64,000 nucleotides of DNA from Eubacteriales bacterium (GTDB taxonomy: Bacteria > Bacillota > Clostridia > Oscillospirales > CAG-382), in the NCBI GenBank assembly GCA_045595785.1, contig JAZOBE010000043.1:15810-79809 (forward strand), read 5' to 3'. Below, piece after piece: positions 1 to 9,900 of the stretch (positions are counted from its first letter, which is position 1; every line of letters starts with the position of its first letter). Below the pieces are notes generated by a model. The model did not search any database. It had not been told where the DNA came from and saw only the letters and a program-made list of their open reading frames with translations. Position numbers and translations under genes: made by a program.

Positions 1-2
1 TT

Positions 3-545
3 GCGCTTTCCGCAAACCTTGACATTCTCATTTGTGACGAGCCTACCACCGCACTTGACGTTACAATTCAGGCTCAGATACTTGAGCTTATCAACAAGAT
101 AAAGAGAGAAAGAAACCTTTCTGTAATCTTTATTACCCATAATATGGGTGTTGTTGCTAACATGGCTGACCGTATCGCCGTTATGTACGCAGGTAAGATA
201 GTAGAGAAGGGTACTGCAGACGAAATCTTCTATGAACCTGCACATCCTTATACCTGGGCGCTTCTCAGCAGTATGCCTGACTTGCATACTACCGAAAAGC
301 TGGATTCCATTCCCGGAACTCCTCCCGATATGCATTTCCCTCCCAAGGGCGACGCATTTGCACCCAGAAACAAGTATGCGCTTGAGATTGATTTCGAGGA
401 AGAGCCTCCTCTGTTTGAGATAACTCCCACCCACTATGCCGCTACCTGGCTGCTTCATCCCAACGCTCCCGCTGTTGAAATGCCTCAGCTTATCAAGGCG
501 CGTATTGAGCGTATGAAAAAGGAGAGAGAAGACAATGGAAAATAA
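3..545 (+). CDS. oppD: Opp/Dpp-family ABC transporter ATP-binding protein, C-terminal part (5' end lies outside the window)
   Basis: The frame is open from the window edge. The translation shows Walker B LICDEPTTALD, H-loop ITHNMG and the Opp/Dpp C-terminal motif HPYTWALLSSMP. The stop overlaps the start of a second ATPase gene. Confidence 0.85.
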   Translation, partial: ALSANLDILICDEPTTALDVTIQAQILELINKIKRERNLSVIFITHNMGVVANMADRIAVMYAGKIVEKGTADEIFYEPAHPYTWALLSSMPDLHTTEKLDSIPGTPPDMHFPPKGDAFAPRNKYALEIDFEEEPPLFEITPTHYAATWLLHPNAPAVEMPQLIKARIERMKKEREDNGK

Positions 546-1626
546 TATGGAAAAAGAAGTATTATTAAGTGTTCGCAATCTCCAGCAGTATTTTAAGATG
601 GGCAGACGTGAGCTTAAGGCTGTTGATAACGTCAGCTTTGACGTTTTTAAGGGCGAGGTATTCGGTCTTGTTGGTGAATCCGGCTGTGGTAAGACTACTA
701 CCGGACGTTCCATCATCCGTCTTTATGATATTACCGGCGGCTCCGTTTACTACAAGGGTGAGCGTATCTGTGCAGGTGTCCGCAGCTATAAGGACGCTAT
801 AAAGAAGGCACGCAAGGATTTTTCGGAAAAGAAGATATCCAAGGAAGAATTGGATAAGATTATTGCCGAGAACCGTGCAGAAATAAAGCAAGCTTATAAG
901 GACCACAAGAGATGGTCCCGTAAAAAGAGCAAAAACCAGCTCACCAATGAGATTCAGATGATCTTCCAGGATCCTGTGTCTTCTCTCGACCCTCGTATGA
1001 CCGTACGCGAAATCATCGCTGAAGGACTTATTATCCGCGGCATAAAGGACAAGAAGTTTATTGATGAGCAGGTATACAAGATACTTGAGACCGTTGGCTT
1101 GGTTAAGGAGCATGCAACCCGCTATCCGCACGAGTTCTCCGGCGGTCAGAAACAGCGTATCGGTATCGCACGCGCCGTAATTATGAACCCTGAATTGATT
1201 ATTGCAGACGAACCTATCTCTGCACTTGACGTTTCTATTCAGGCGCAGGTAATCAACCTGCTCAACGAGCTGAGCCAGAAAATGGGTCTTACCGTTCTGT
1301 TCATCGCTCACGACCTCGCGGTAGTTAAGTACTTCTCCAACAGAATTGCAGTAATGTATTACGGTAAGATAGTTGAGTTGGGCACCAGTGATGAGCTTTT
1401 TGCACATCCTTTCCATCCCTATACCCGTTCCTTGCTGTCTGCTATTCCTCTGCCTGATCCTATTACCGAAAAGAACAGACACAGAATAGTATATAATCCT
1501 ATGCTGGATCATGATTATTCTGCTGAAGGTCCTTCTATGCGTGAGGTTTATCCCGGTCACTACGTACTTTGCAATACCGAAGAGTTTGAAAAGTATCAAA
1601 AGGAATATCAAGAAACCGCAAAATGA
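535..1626 (+). CDS. oppF: Opp/Dpp-family ABC transporter ATP-binding protein with a charged insertion
   Basis: Walker A GESGCGKTT, Q-loop region IQMIFQDP, ABC signature FSGGQKQR, Walker B IIADEPISALD, H-loop IAHD, C-terminal HPYTRSLLSAIP. It overlaps the upstream ATPase gene. Confidence 0.85.
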   Translation: MENNMEKEVLLSVRNLQQYFKMGRRELKAVDNVSFDVFKGEVFGLVGESGCGKTTTGRSIIRLYDITGGSVYYKGERICAGVRSYKDAIKKARKDFSEKKISKEELDKIIAENRAEIKQAYKDHKRWSRKKSKNQLTNEIQMIFQDPVSSLDPRMTVREIIAEGLIIRGIKDKKFIDEQVYKILETVGLVKEHATRYPHEFSGGQKQRIGIARAVIMNPELIIADEPISALDVSIQAQVINLLNELSQKMGLTVLFIAHDLAVVKYFSNRIAVMYYGKIVELGTSDELFAHPFHPYTRSLLSAIPLPDPITEKNRHRIVYNPMLDHDYSAEGPSMREVYPGHYVLCNTEEFEKYQKEYQETAK

Positions 1627-2018
1627 AAACCTTAAAAAAGTATTTAATTGCACTTTCAGTCGGTATTCTTACGGTGCTTCTTGTAGTCTGGTACCGTGGT
1701 ATTTTCAGTGAAACCGAATTGGTGAATATATTTCATATTTTGTGTGATGCGTTTTTTATAGCAGGTGTGCTTCTTTCCTGCGGTGGACTTTTGGTCTTTT
1801 CCGCAAACGAAGGCACCTTCGATATGATAGTTTACGGATTGGATTCCTTTTTCGATCTGTTCAGACGCAAAAGCACAAAGAAATATGCTACCTTTTATGA
1901 TTACAGAGAAAGCAGGGCAGATAAAAAAGTAAGCTTCGGCTACATCGTTTTTACAGGTCTGTTTTTCCTGGCGATATCCGGTGTTATGTATGCTTTTTAC
2001 AGCAAATATGCAGGATAA
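1623..2018 (+). CDS. small integral membrane protein (DUF3899-like, from memory)
   Basis: 131 aa with 3-4 hydrophobic segments. An ATGA overlap couples it to oppF. The family assignment is from memory only. Confidence 0.55.
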   Translation: MKTLKKYLIALSVGILTVLLVVWYRGIFSETELVNIFHILCDAFFIAGVLLSCGGLLVFSANEGTFDMIVYGLDSFFDLFRRKSTKKYATFYDYRESRADKKVSFGYIVFTGLFFLAISGVMYAFYSKYAG

Positions 2019-2037
2019 AGCTTAATAATTACAAATT

Positions 2038-2069
2038 AAGTCTATCACAAACGTGGTAGACTTTTTTGT
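2038..2069 (+). terminator. rho-independent terminator
   Basis: Hairpin aagtctatcac/gtggtagactt followed by a T-run, just after the stop at 2018. Confidence 0.6.
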
Positions 2070-2124
2070 TTAACGATATATCTATAGATTTCTAAAAGCC
2101 GTTCGCTGGACGAACGGCTTTGGG

Positions 2125-2153
2125 TTGACTTAATAAGCAATTTGTGATAAAAT
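2125..2153 (+). promoter_or_regulatory. sigma-70-type promoter candidate
   Basis: TTGACT, 17-nt spacer, TAAAAT with an upstream TG, about 30 nt ahead of the SD and TTG start of the 2187 gene. Confidence 0.45.
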
Positions 2154-2186
2154 ATTTATTTAGAAACAGCATAAGGAGGGAATACG

Positions 2187-2864
2187 TTGAAACGTGTTAT
2201 CTGGCTTGGTCAGGCAGGATTGCTTTTTGAATTTGATAACTGTACCGTTATGGTAGATCCGTATCTTTCAGACAATGTTAAGAAAATTGAACCGCAGAAC
2301 TACCGGAGAGTACCTGTTGACGAGCGTTTTTTTGATATCCGACCTGACGTGCTTGTGTTTACTCACGCTCATCTTGACCATTATGACCCTGAAACGGTAA
2401 AGCATTTTATAACCGAAACAAGCGGAATTACCGTGCTTTCACCTTCTTCGGTATGGAGCAAGGTGCGCAGTATAGGCGGAAACAACAATTACGTTCTTTT
2501 TAACCGTCATACCCGTTGGACCGAAAATGGTATAACCATTACCGCAGTAAAGGCTTGCCACAGTGATCCTTATGCTGTCGGTATTATAATTGATGATGGT
2601 GAGAAGAAGTATTTTATCACCGGCGATACGCTATATAACGATGATATTTTCGCTGATATTCCCGAGGATATATATGCCGTGTTTCTTCCTGTGAACGGTG
2701 TTGGCAACAATATGAATATGGCGGATGCTGCCGCTTTTGCCGCCCGTGTTAATGCAGAAAAAACAGTTCCCGTACATATCGGTATGTTTGATAATAAGCG
2801 AGCAGACGCCTTTGATGTAAATAATAAAGTGATTCCCGAAATATATAAGGAGATAAAATTATGA
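2187..2864 (+). CDS. MBL-fold metallo-hydrolase
   Basis: HAHLDHYD (the HxHxDH metal motif). Strong SD AAGGAGG 7 nt before the TTG start. It overlaps the next gene. Confidence 0.75.
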   Translation: MKRVIWLGQAGLLFEFDNCTVMVDPYLSDNVKKIEPQNYRRVPVDERFFDIRPDVLVFTHAHLDHYDPETVKHFITETSGITVLSPSSVWSKVRSIGGNNNYVLFNRHTRWTENGITITAVKACHSDPYAVGIIIDDGEKKYFITGDTLYNDDIFADIPEDIYAVFLPVNGVGNNMNMADAAAFAARVNAEKTVPVHIGMFDNKRADAFDVNNKVIPEIYKEIKL

Positions 2865-4021
2865 AGGTAACAGACGTTAAATGCTTTACAGTGGATTGCT
2901 TCCGCACCAACTGGGTATTTGTTAAGATATATACCGACGAGGGTATAGAAGGTGTTGGCGAAGCTACGCTTGAGTATAAGGAAAAGGCGCTTATCGGCGC
3001 GGTTGAGCACATTAAGGAATATCTCGTAGGCAAGAATCCTCTTGACGTAGAAAAGCATTTTCACGATATTTACCGTGATGCTTATTGGCGCGGCGGTGCT
3101 GTGCTTATGTCAGCACTTTCCGCAGTAGAATGTGCGCTCTGGGATATTCTGGGAAAGCATCTGGGCGTTCCCGTATATCAACTTCTCGGCGGCAGGGTAA
3201 ACGACAAAGTCCGCATATATGTAAACGGCTGGTTTGCAGGCGCAAAAACACCTGAGGAATTCGGCGAAAAAGCGCGTATCGCAGTTCAGCGCGGCATTAC
3301 CGCTATGAAGTGGGATCCCTTTGGAAAATCTTATCTTGAAATATCCAATAAAGACCTTAATACAGCACTTGAATGTGTTGCGGCAGTAAGAGATGCTGTA
3401 GGCAATGATGTTGACCTGCTTATCGAAGGTCACGGCAGATTTAACGTTCCCACCGGCATCAAGATCGCAAAAGAGCTTGAGCAGTTTAAGCCTATGCTGT
3501 TTGAGGAGCCTACTCCTCCCGATAACCTTGAGGCGCTTAAGGCCGTGCGCGATAAGTCTCCCGTCGCTATTTCTGCAGGCGAAAGACTTTATACCCTTAA
3601 ATCCTATAAGGATCTGTTCGAGATGCGTGCCGCTGATTATATCCAGCCTGACATCTCCCATGCAGGCGGTATTATGGAGTTGAAGAAGATAGCCGCAGTA
3701 GCAGAGGCATATTATATTCCTTTTGCACCTCACAATCCTTCAGGACCCGTTGCAAACGCCGCAACTCTTCAGATTGCCGCTTGCTGTCCTAATTTCTCTA
3801 TTCTTGAGATCATGTACAGTGACGTTGAGTGGCGTAAGGATGTAACCAACGAATCCCTTGAATATAAGGACGGTTATATAACCATTCCCTCAAAGCCCGG
3901 TCTTGGTATTGAGATAAATGAGGAGGAGTGCTTGAAGCATCCTTATCAGCCTCATACTCTTCGTCACTATACCGGTGCCCTTACGGATATCCGTCCCGCT
4001 AAGAGCGAATTCTATTTTTAA
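2861..4021 (+). CDS. enolase-superfamily enzyme (mandelate racemase/muconate lactonizing family, sugar-acid dehydratase-like)
   Basis: 386 aa. N-terminal capping-domain pattern (VKIYTDEGIEGVGEA), barrel metal-ligand regions (DLLIEGHG, LFEEP) and PDISHAGGI typical of the family. Confidence 0.75.
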   Translation: MKVTDVKCFTVDCFRTNWVFVKIYTDEGIEGVGEATLEYKEKALIGAVEHIKEYLVGKNPLDVEKHFHDIYRDAYWRGGAVLMSALSAVECALWDILGKHLGVPVYQLLGGRVNDKVRIYVNGWFAGAKTPEEFGEKARIAVQRGITAMKWDPFGKSYLEISNKDLNTALECVAAVRDAVGNDVDLLIEGHGRFNVPTGIKIAKELEQFKPMLFEEPTPPDNLEALKAVRDKSPVAISAGERLYTLKSYKDLFEMRAADYIQPDISHAGGIMELKKIAAVAEAYYIPFAPHNPSGPVANAATLQIAACCPNFSILEIMYSDVEWRKDVTNESLEYKDGYITIPSKPGLGIEINEEECLKHPYQPHTLRHYTGALTDIRPAKSEFYF

Positions 4022-4033
4022 GGAGAGGCTTTT

Positions 4034-4843
4034 ATGAGCAACGCAGTATTTATTTCCGGCGCCTGCAAGGGCACAGGATATAGAATAGCAGAGGTCTTCG
4101 CAGAAAACGGTTGGAACGTTTTTATTACCGGCAGAAACGGTGCGGAGGCTGAGAAAAGCGCAAAGGTAATTTCTGAAACCTATGGCGTTTTCGCAAAGGG
4201 ATATGAATGTAATATCCGTAACGAACAGCAGATAATCGATATTTTTAACGATATAGATTCTACAGGCATCTTTGTTGAGACGGTAGTGCTTTGTGCCGCC
4301 GACCTTGGATTTGGTACAGACCCTGCAAAAGGAATGGACTTCTTTTCCGTGCCTGTGGAGGAGTTTACCAGAGTGTTTGAAACTAATCTGGTGTGGAACT
4401 TTACTATCGTTCGTCAAGCGGCTTTGCGTATGAAGGAGAAGGGAAAGGGAAGTGTTGTATTCCTCAGCTCCAATACCGCATACCGCGCAATCCCCAACAG
4501 AAGCGCATACTGCGCCTCCAAGGGCGGCATCAACTCAATGTCAAAGGCGTTTGCCATTGACCTTGGCAGATACGGAATAAGAAGTAACGTTGTTCTTCCC
4601 GGTACTATCAAGACCCAGCGTTGGGAAGCTATGGGAAGCAAACAAATAATCAACGGCACTCTTGCGCCTATCGGCGATATTTCAGATTTTGACGATATCG
4701 CAAACGCAGTTTGGTTTTTGGGCACAGATCTTTCCAAGAATATCACTGGCACAGAGCTTGCCGTTGACGGCGGTATGTCCGCACAGCTTTTCCCAGAGAA
4801 ATTAAGCTATCTTGCAAAAAAGGAGCTTGAGGAGCAGCAATGA
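4034..4843 (+). CDS. SDR-family oxidoreductase
   Basis: N-terminal nucleotide-binding loop ISGACKGTGYRIA, catalytic YCASK (YxxxK), and a typical length of about 270 aa. Confidence 0.8.
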   Translation: MSNAVFISGACKGTGYRIAEVFAENGWNVFITGRNGAEAEKSAKVISETYGVFAKGYECNIRNEQQIIDIFNDIDSTGIFVETVVLCAADLGFGTDPAKGMDFFSVPVEEFTRVFETNLVWNFTIVRQAALRMKEKGKGSVVFLSSNTAYRAIPNRSAYCASKGGINSMSKAFAIDLGRYGIRSNVVLPGTIKTQRWEAMGSKQIINGTLAPIGDISDFDDIANAVWFLGTDLSKNITGTELAVDGGMSAQLFPEKLSYLAKKELEEQQ

Positions 4844-5196
4844 ACGGACTTGAGGTATTAAACTACGATGGAAAGGGCTATTTTTCCCACTTTTCTTTTG
4901 AAGAATGGAAGATAGCATATCTCAACCACGCACATATGTTTACACAAGACGGTATTACTTATCTTGAAAGGCATATGCTCACCGACGAAGTGTTTATCCT
5001 TCTTGAAGGAAGTGCTACTCTACTGATGGGCGAGAACGCCGAAGAAGTAAAAATGGAAAAATTTGTTACCTACGTGGTAAAAAAGGCGGCTTGGCATAAT
5101 ATTATCGTATCCGAGGATGCCAAGGTGCTGATAGTAGAGAATAAAGATACGGGCAAGCATAATTCGGAATATCTGCCCTTCAGGTATGAAAAATGA
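4840..5196 (+). CDS. small cupin-fold-like hypothetical protein
   Basis: 118 aa, overlapping both neighbouring genes. The beta-rich pattern (VFILLEGSATLLMGE ... AKVLIVEN) resembles a cupin. The function is not supported further. Confidence 0.4.
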   Translation: MNGLEVLNYDGKGYFSHFSFEEWKIAYLNHAHMFTQDGITYLERHMLTDEVFILLEGSATLLMGENAEEVKMEKFVTYVVKKAAWHNIIVSEDAKVLIVENKDTGKHNSEYLPFRYEK

Positions 5197-6392
5197 ACAG
5201 CGAAAAATTTGAAACTGCGACGGAGAGCGCAGCGCGGCTGGGTGTAACCGTACGCGCGGTTCAAAAGTGGGCATCTGCAGGCAAGATACCTGGCGCACAA
5301 AAAATTGGTAGAACTTGGTTTATTCCTAAGGATGTAAAATTTTATGAGCAGGCTGTAATAGAGAATGCCAAAACCGAAAGCGAGTTTATTTCGGTGAACA
5401 GAACGATGCCGTTGCTTACCGGTGCCTTTGAGCCGGGAAAAGTATTAAGCTTTATTGATTCCATCGAAAATGACGATGAACGTGAGCTTGCGTTGGGCCA
5501 GTATTATTTTTATCGCGGCAAAACAAAGGAAGCCGTAGAGATACTTGAAAAGTATCTTGATTCAGATGATAATTCTTTCAGATATACTGCGTCTGTGCTG
5601 TGTGTATTTGCAAGTATTTCCCATGGAAACAACGCATGTTCCGCACGTGCGGCAGAGGTAATTAGGGAAATTATTTACAAAATGGGTTCTCCTGAATTAC
5701 CTCCCGATATACGGGCGCTGGGTCTTATAAGTGCAGTTGGTGCTTCTGTTTTATGGCACGCGCCCATTCCCGACAATCTTCCTCCGCTGGAGAGTTGTTT
5801 AAGATATCTTCCCGAGGGCTACCGCTTGTGGGGATGTTATCTGTTGGCACATAAGGCATATCTCGAAAAGGATTATAATCGTACACTGGCAATTGCGGAT
5901 ATGGGCTTGGCTATGTGCACCAAAACGTATCCTATTGCCGCAATATATAATCATATTATGGCAGTCATCGCACTGATGAATCTGAGACGTCCTGAGGAGG
6001 CAAAAAAACGATTTGATGAGGTGTGGCTCCTTGCCCATCCGGACGGTCTTGTTGAGGCTGTGTCTGAGCATCACGGAATGATGCTGGGTATAGTTGAGGT
6101 GTATCTTAAGCGTGCGTATCCCTCTGATTATAAGCAGGTGGTTGCAAACTCTGCTGTATTCAGTTCCAATTGGAAGCAGATACATAATTTACGAACCTTT
6201 TCCGAGGTCACGTCCGATTTGTCCGCTACCGAATTTTCCGTTTCAATGCTGTACAGCCGCGGATGGTCTGCACAGGAAATCGCGACATTTATGGAGCTTT
6301 CGGAGGCTACCGTGCGCAATTATATCAAAACCGTTTATATAAAATTGGGCATTTCCGACAGAAAAGCGCTCATCAAATATATGCTTAAATAG
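5193..6392 (+). CDS. LuxR/GerE-family transcriptional regulator with an additional N-terminal HTH
   Basis: The C-terminal LSATEFSVSMLYSRGWSAQEIATFMELSEATVRNYIKTVYIKLGISDRKALI is a GerE/LuxR HTH. The N-terminal AARLGVTVRAVQKWASAGKIPGAQKIGRTWFIP looks like a MerR/excisionase-type HTH. The middle is helical-repeat-like. Confidence 0.7.
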   Translation: MNSEKFETATESAARLGVTVRAVQKWASAGKIPGAQKIGRTWFIPKDVKFYEQAVIENAKTESEFISVNRTMPLLTGAFEPGKVLSFIDSIENDDERELALGQYYFYRGKTKEAVEILEKYLDSDDNSFRYTASVLCVFASISHGNNACSARAAEVIREIIYKMGSPELPPDIRALGLISAVGASVLWHAPIPDNLPPLESCLRYLPEGYRLWGCYLLAHKAYLEKDYNRTLAIADMGLAMCTKTYPIAAIYNHIMAVIALMNLRRPEEAKKRFDEVWLLAHPDGLVEAVSEHHGMMLGIVEVYLKRAYPSDYKQVVANSAVFSSNWKQIHNLRTFSEVTSDLSATEFSVSMLYSRGWSAQEIATFMELSEATVRNYIKTVYIKLGISDRKALIKYMLK

Positions 6393-6436
6393 TAAAACCG
6401 CGTTCGTTCGTTTAACGAACGGCAAAACAAAAACAG

Positions 6437-6470
6437 AAAAAACGCCTTTTTCAAGGGCGTTTTTTGTTTT
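6437..6470 (+). terminator. rho-independent terminator
   Basis: aaaaaacgcc ... ggcgtttttt hairpin followed by a T-run after the LuxR stop. Confidence 0.7.
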
Positions 6471-6593
6471 ATATATAACAAATTACGGTAATTTGGGACG
6501 CGAAAAATTATCTAAAAAATTTTTTATATGGTTCTAACTGTTTTTATGAAAATGCTGTTATACTTTTATCGTAATAATTTAACGAGGTTTTAT

Positions 6594-6896
6594 ATGGAGA
6601 ACACAAAAACAAGAATTTACAATATAGACGGCGACGTACTGCATACTGTTTCCAAATACAACGAAGAGTTTGGAATATGGGTGGAAGAATACGTTGATTT
6701 TGAAAACGTTCCCCGTTACACTCCCAACGGCAGACGATGGCGTAGCGTAACTACCACCAACTGCATTTATTCTCATCACGAGTATAAGGATTGCGGGACA
6801 TGTCCGTATCTGTGTAAAGAAAAAACAGATGACCTTATAGGGGTCTGCTTTAACGAACAGCTTCGTATGGCATCCCAAGAATTAAATCAAGAATAA
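6594..6896 (+). CDS. small Cys/His-rich hypothetical protein
   Basis: The ATG at 6594 has an SD-like ACGAGG 6 nt upstream, so the track ORF's earlier start is less likely. 100 aa containing NCIYSHHEYKDCGTCPYLC. It ends 30 nt before the giant adhesin gene. Confidence 0.5.
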   Translation: MENTKTRIYNIDGDVLHTVSKYNEEFGIWVEEYVDFENVPRYTPNGRRWRSVTTTNCIYSHHEYKDCGTCPYLCKEKTDDLIGVCFNEQLRMASQELNQE

Positions 6897-6926
6897 AAAC
6901 ATTCATATACAGAAAGGTAATTCATT

Positions 6927-9900
6927 ATGAAGATTAAAAGCGTAACAAAGAAAATACTAAGCTTACTGCTTGTTATTTGTCTTATTCTTCCGTGCATTCC
7001 CGTTATATCTATACCGTTTAAGGCTGCTGCTGCGCCGGGAACCGGCACAGTTGTTGTGGATCCTTCAACTGCTGACAGTTATACCAATATGCTCGGTACG
7101 GCAATTGACGGCAACCGATACTCCGGCAGAGTATGGTTCGATAAATCTGTATATGCATACGGAAGCGAAGCACAGCTTCCTTTGCACTCCGATTTCATCG
7201 GACTCCCTCTCGATACCATTAAGATCGACAGCAACTTTTTGGTTGTTGGCTCTGCTATAGGTTCTACCACTTCCGTTATAACTACCACGTCTACTGCTGC
7301 TTATCTTGATGTGGTTATCATTCTTGATAACTCTTCCTCTATGAAAAACACAAGTAACGGCACAACAAGATTTGTAAAGGTAAGAGATGCGGCAAACAAG
7401 CTTATTCAAAGCATCACTTCCAATAAGAATAATCGTCTTGCCATCGTTGCTTATTCCAGCGACTCCCAAGAGATACTTCCCCTTGATTTTTACAATGAGA
7501 AAGCAAACGTGCTTACTCTTTCCGAGACAGGAAACTACTATAACAGAAATTATCAGTTTACAGCTTCTGCAACTCCCGTAGGCTCCTCTACTGCAATCGG
7601 AGGCAAGTACACCGGAAGTGCCAACGGTACTAATGTTCAGTCCGGTGTAAACCAAGGTATGAAGATACTTGCAAACGCTGAAAACACTTCCGGTAGAATT
7701 CCCGTTGTTATTCTTCTTACCGACGGCGAAACCAACCACGCAGTTAGCAATGACTGGTATAATGCTGCATCTTCTAACATCACAAATAATAATTTTACTT
7801 ATCACAAGCAGGTTGCAGTAAGTACTTTGCTTAATGCAGCGTATATGAAGTATTTGGCTTCCACCAATTACGTTACTGCCCCTGTTGTATACGGAATAGG
7901 TGTTGACCTTGGCGCAGGAAGCAATGCCAACGTCGTTATGGACCCTGCAAATACAGTTAAGAGCACCGCAAACGGTCTTGCAAAGGAAACGTACGACCTG
8001 CTTGAGCAATGGAAGAACTCCTCTTCCACTGTTACTTCCAATTACGGCGGTACCACTTGGCGCTTCCCTCAGCTTCCCTCCAACTATCCCGGCACCAAGC
8101 AGGATGTTATTGACAATATCAATTACGTTGATAAATACTATAACATCGGCAGCGAAGAGCTTTCCGGCACCTTTGATGAAATCCTTGTAGAGATCAACGA
8201 AAAAGCATTCGTTCCTCTGGTTGATAAGGTCGTTCAGGGTGAGATAGAGGTTGACACTCCTCTTACCTACGTTGACTTTATCGGCGATTATATGGAGGTC
8301 AAGGAATTCAAAGCCGTAACATTGTTCGGCAAGGTATATTCTATCTCCAAATCCCTTGAAGCTCCCGTTATCACAGATACCGTAAATACTGACGGTACCG
8401 TTACCCGTAAGGCAGTTACCACCTATGTTGTTGAATCCGGTACTGCTACCAATCCCACTCTCGGTGTTTCCTTTAACGTTTCCGACGCAATCAAGATAAC
8501 CGTTACCGAAACTTATCTTGCAAAGAACGTAAACGGCGTTTACGAAAAAATAGGCGTTGGCAAGCAGGAGGTTCGTGCAACAATTCCCTCAATCGTTCTT
8601 CCTCTTATTTACGATAAGGTTTCCAACGATCAGGGCGATATTTCTTACGAATCCAACCGCGGTGAGGTTGTTCCCCTTCGTCTTTACTATACTGTTGATA
8701 TCGCAGACGAGGTAATCGATTCTAACGGCGACGTTATTACCGACCTCATTTCTTCCGATTATCTCGCAAATAATACCAATACAAACGGTTCTGTTAATTT
8801 CTATCCCGGTCAGTACGGTGTAATGAACACTATTGAGACCATCAATGGTGTTACCGGCCTTTTCAAGGGCGATGCACACGCAGCTGCTACTCCCGCTCTT
8901 GATAACCGTTATTACTATTACCAGAACAATTATCCCGTTTATATTTCCGCAACCAACAAAAACGGCTCCGCTATCACTTGGGATAAGGATGAATACGGCG
9001 TGCTCTATTATCAGGGCAACGGTATTGATAAGACTCTCAATGATAATTATAAGACCGAATACCTTCTTTATTCCGACGTTTCTTCTCTCTCCGATACCGA
9101 CTTGGTTTACACCATGGTAGCATTCTACCGTCCCACTTCAGGCGGAAAGGGCGAAGCAGTAGGATACCTTACATACAACGATTGGCAGTATATAAAGGAT
9201 TCTCTTGCTTACTATGATAACGTAAACAAGGTATATATCAACGGATATTCCGGTGGCGCATACGAAACCTCCGAAACCGAAGGGCATCACGTTTCCGCAG
9301 GCATCGTTGATTCTTATATAACCGCAAAGGGACTTAAAAAATCCGATATAATCTGCGTTTTGGGCATAGGCGCTTGGCGTACGAGCCGACTCCACAACAT
9401 GGAGGTTCACAAAACCACCAACGAATCCGGCACTGCTGAGTTTACTGTTGTTCCTACTCATAACGAAGACGCACTTCACGATGGCAGCCTTGTTTCTTGG
9501 CTTGGTAACAACGGTAAGCTGACACTTGCTCCTCAGCAGGGTATCTCGATCACCAAGACCGTTACCGAAGCAGTTGCAGGCGCAGAGACAGAATTCGTAT
9601 TCACCGTAACTGTAAGCGGCACGGATTTTACTCCCAAGTTTATTGATCAAAACGGAAACAGCTTTAACAGTGTTCCCGTCGTTAAGGATACATCCCTTAA
9701 TAAGACCACTATAACTCTTACCCTTAAGGCAGGGGAGACGGCATATGTTACAGGTCTTCCTACCGGTGCATCTTACACCGTTGCCGAAGCGCTGAGCAAT
9801 TACTATTCCGCTTCTTACACCAATGAAGCAGGCACAGTAAAGGCTAACGAGATGGTTTACGTTTCTGTTGAGAACGCTCCCAAGGCATATGGCGATCTTG

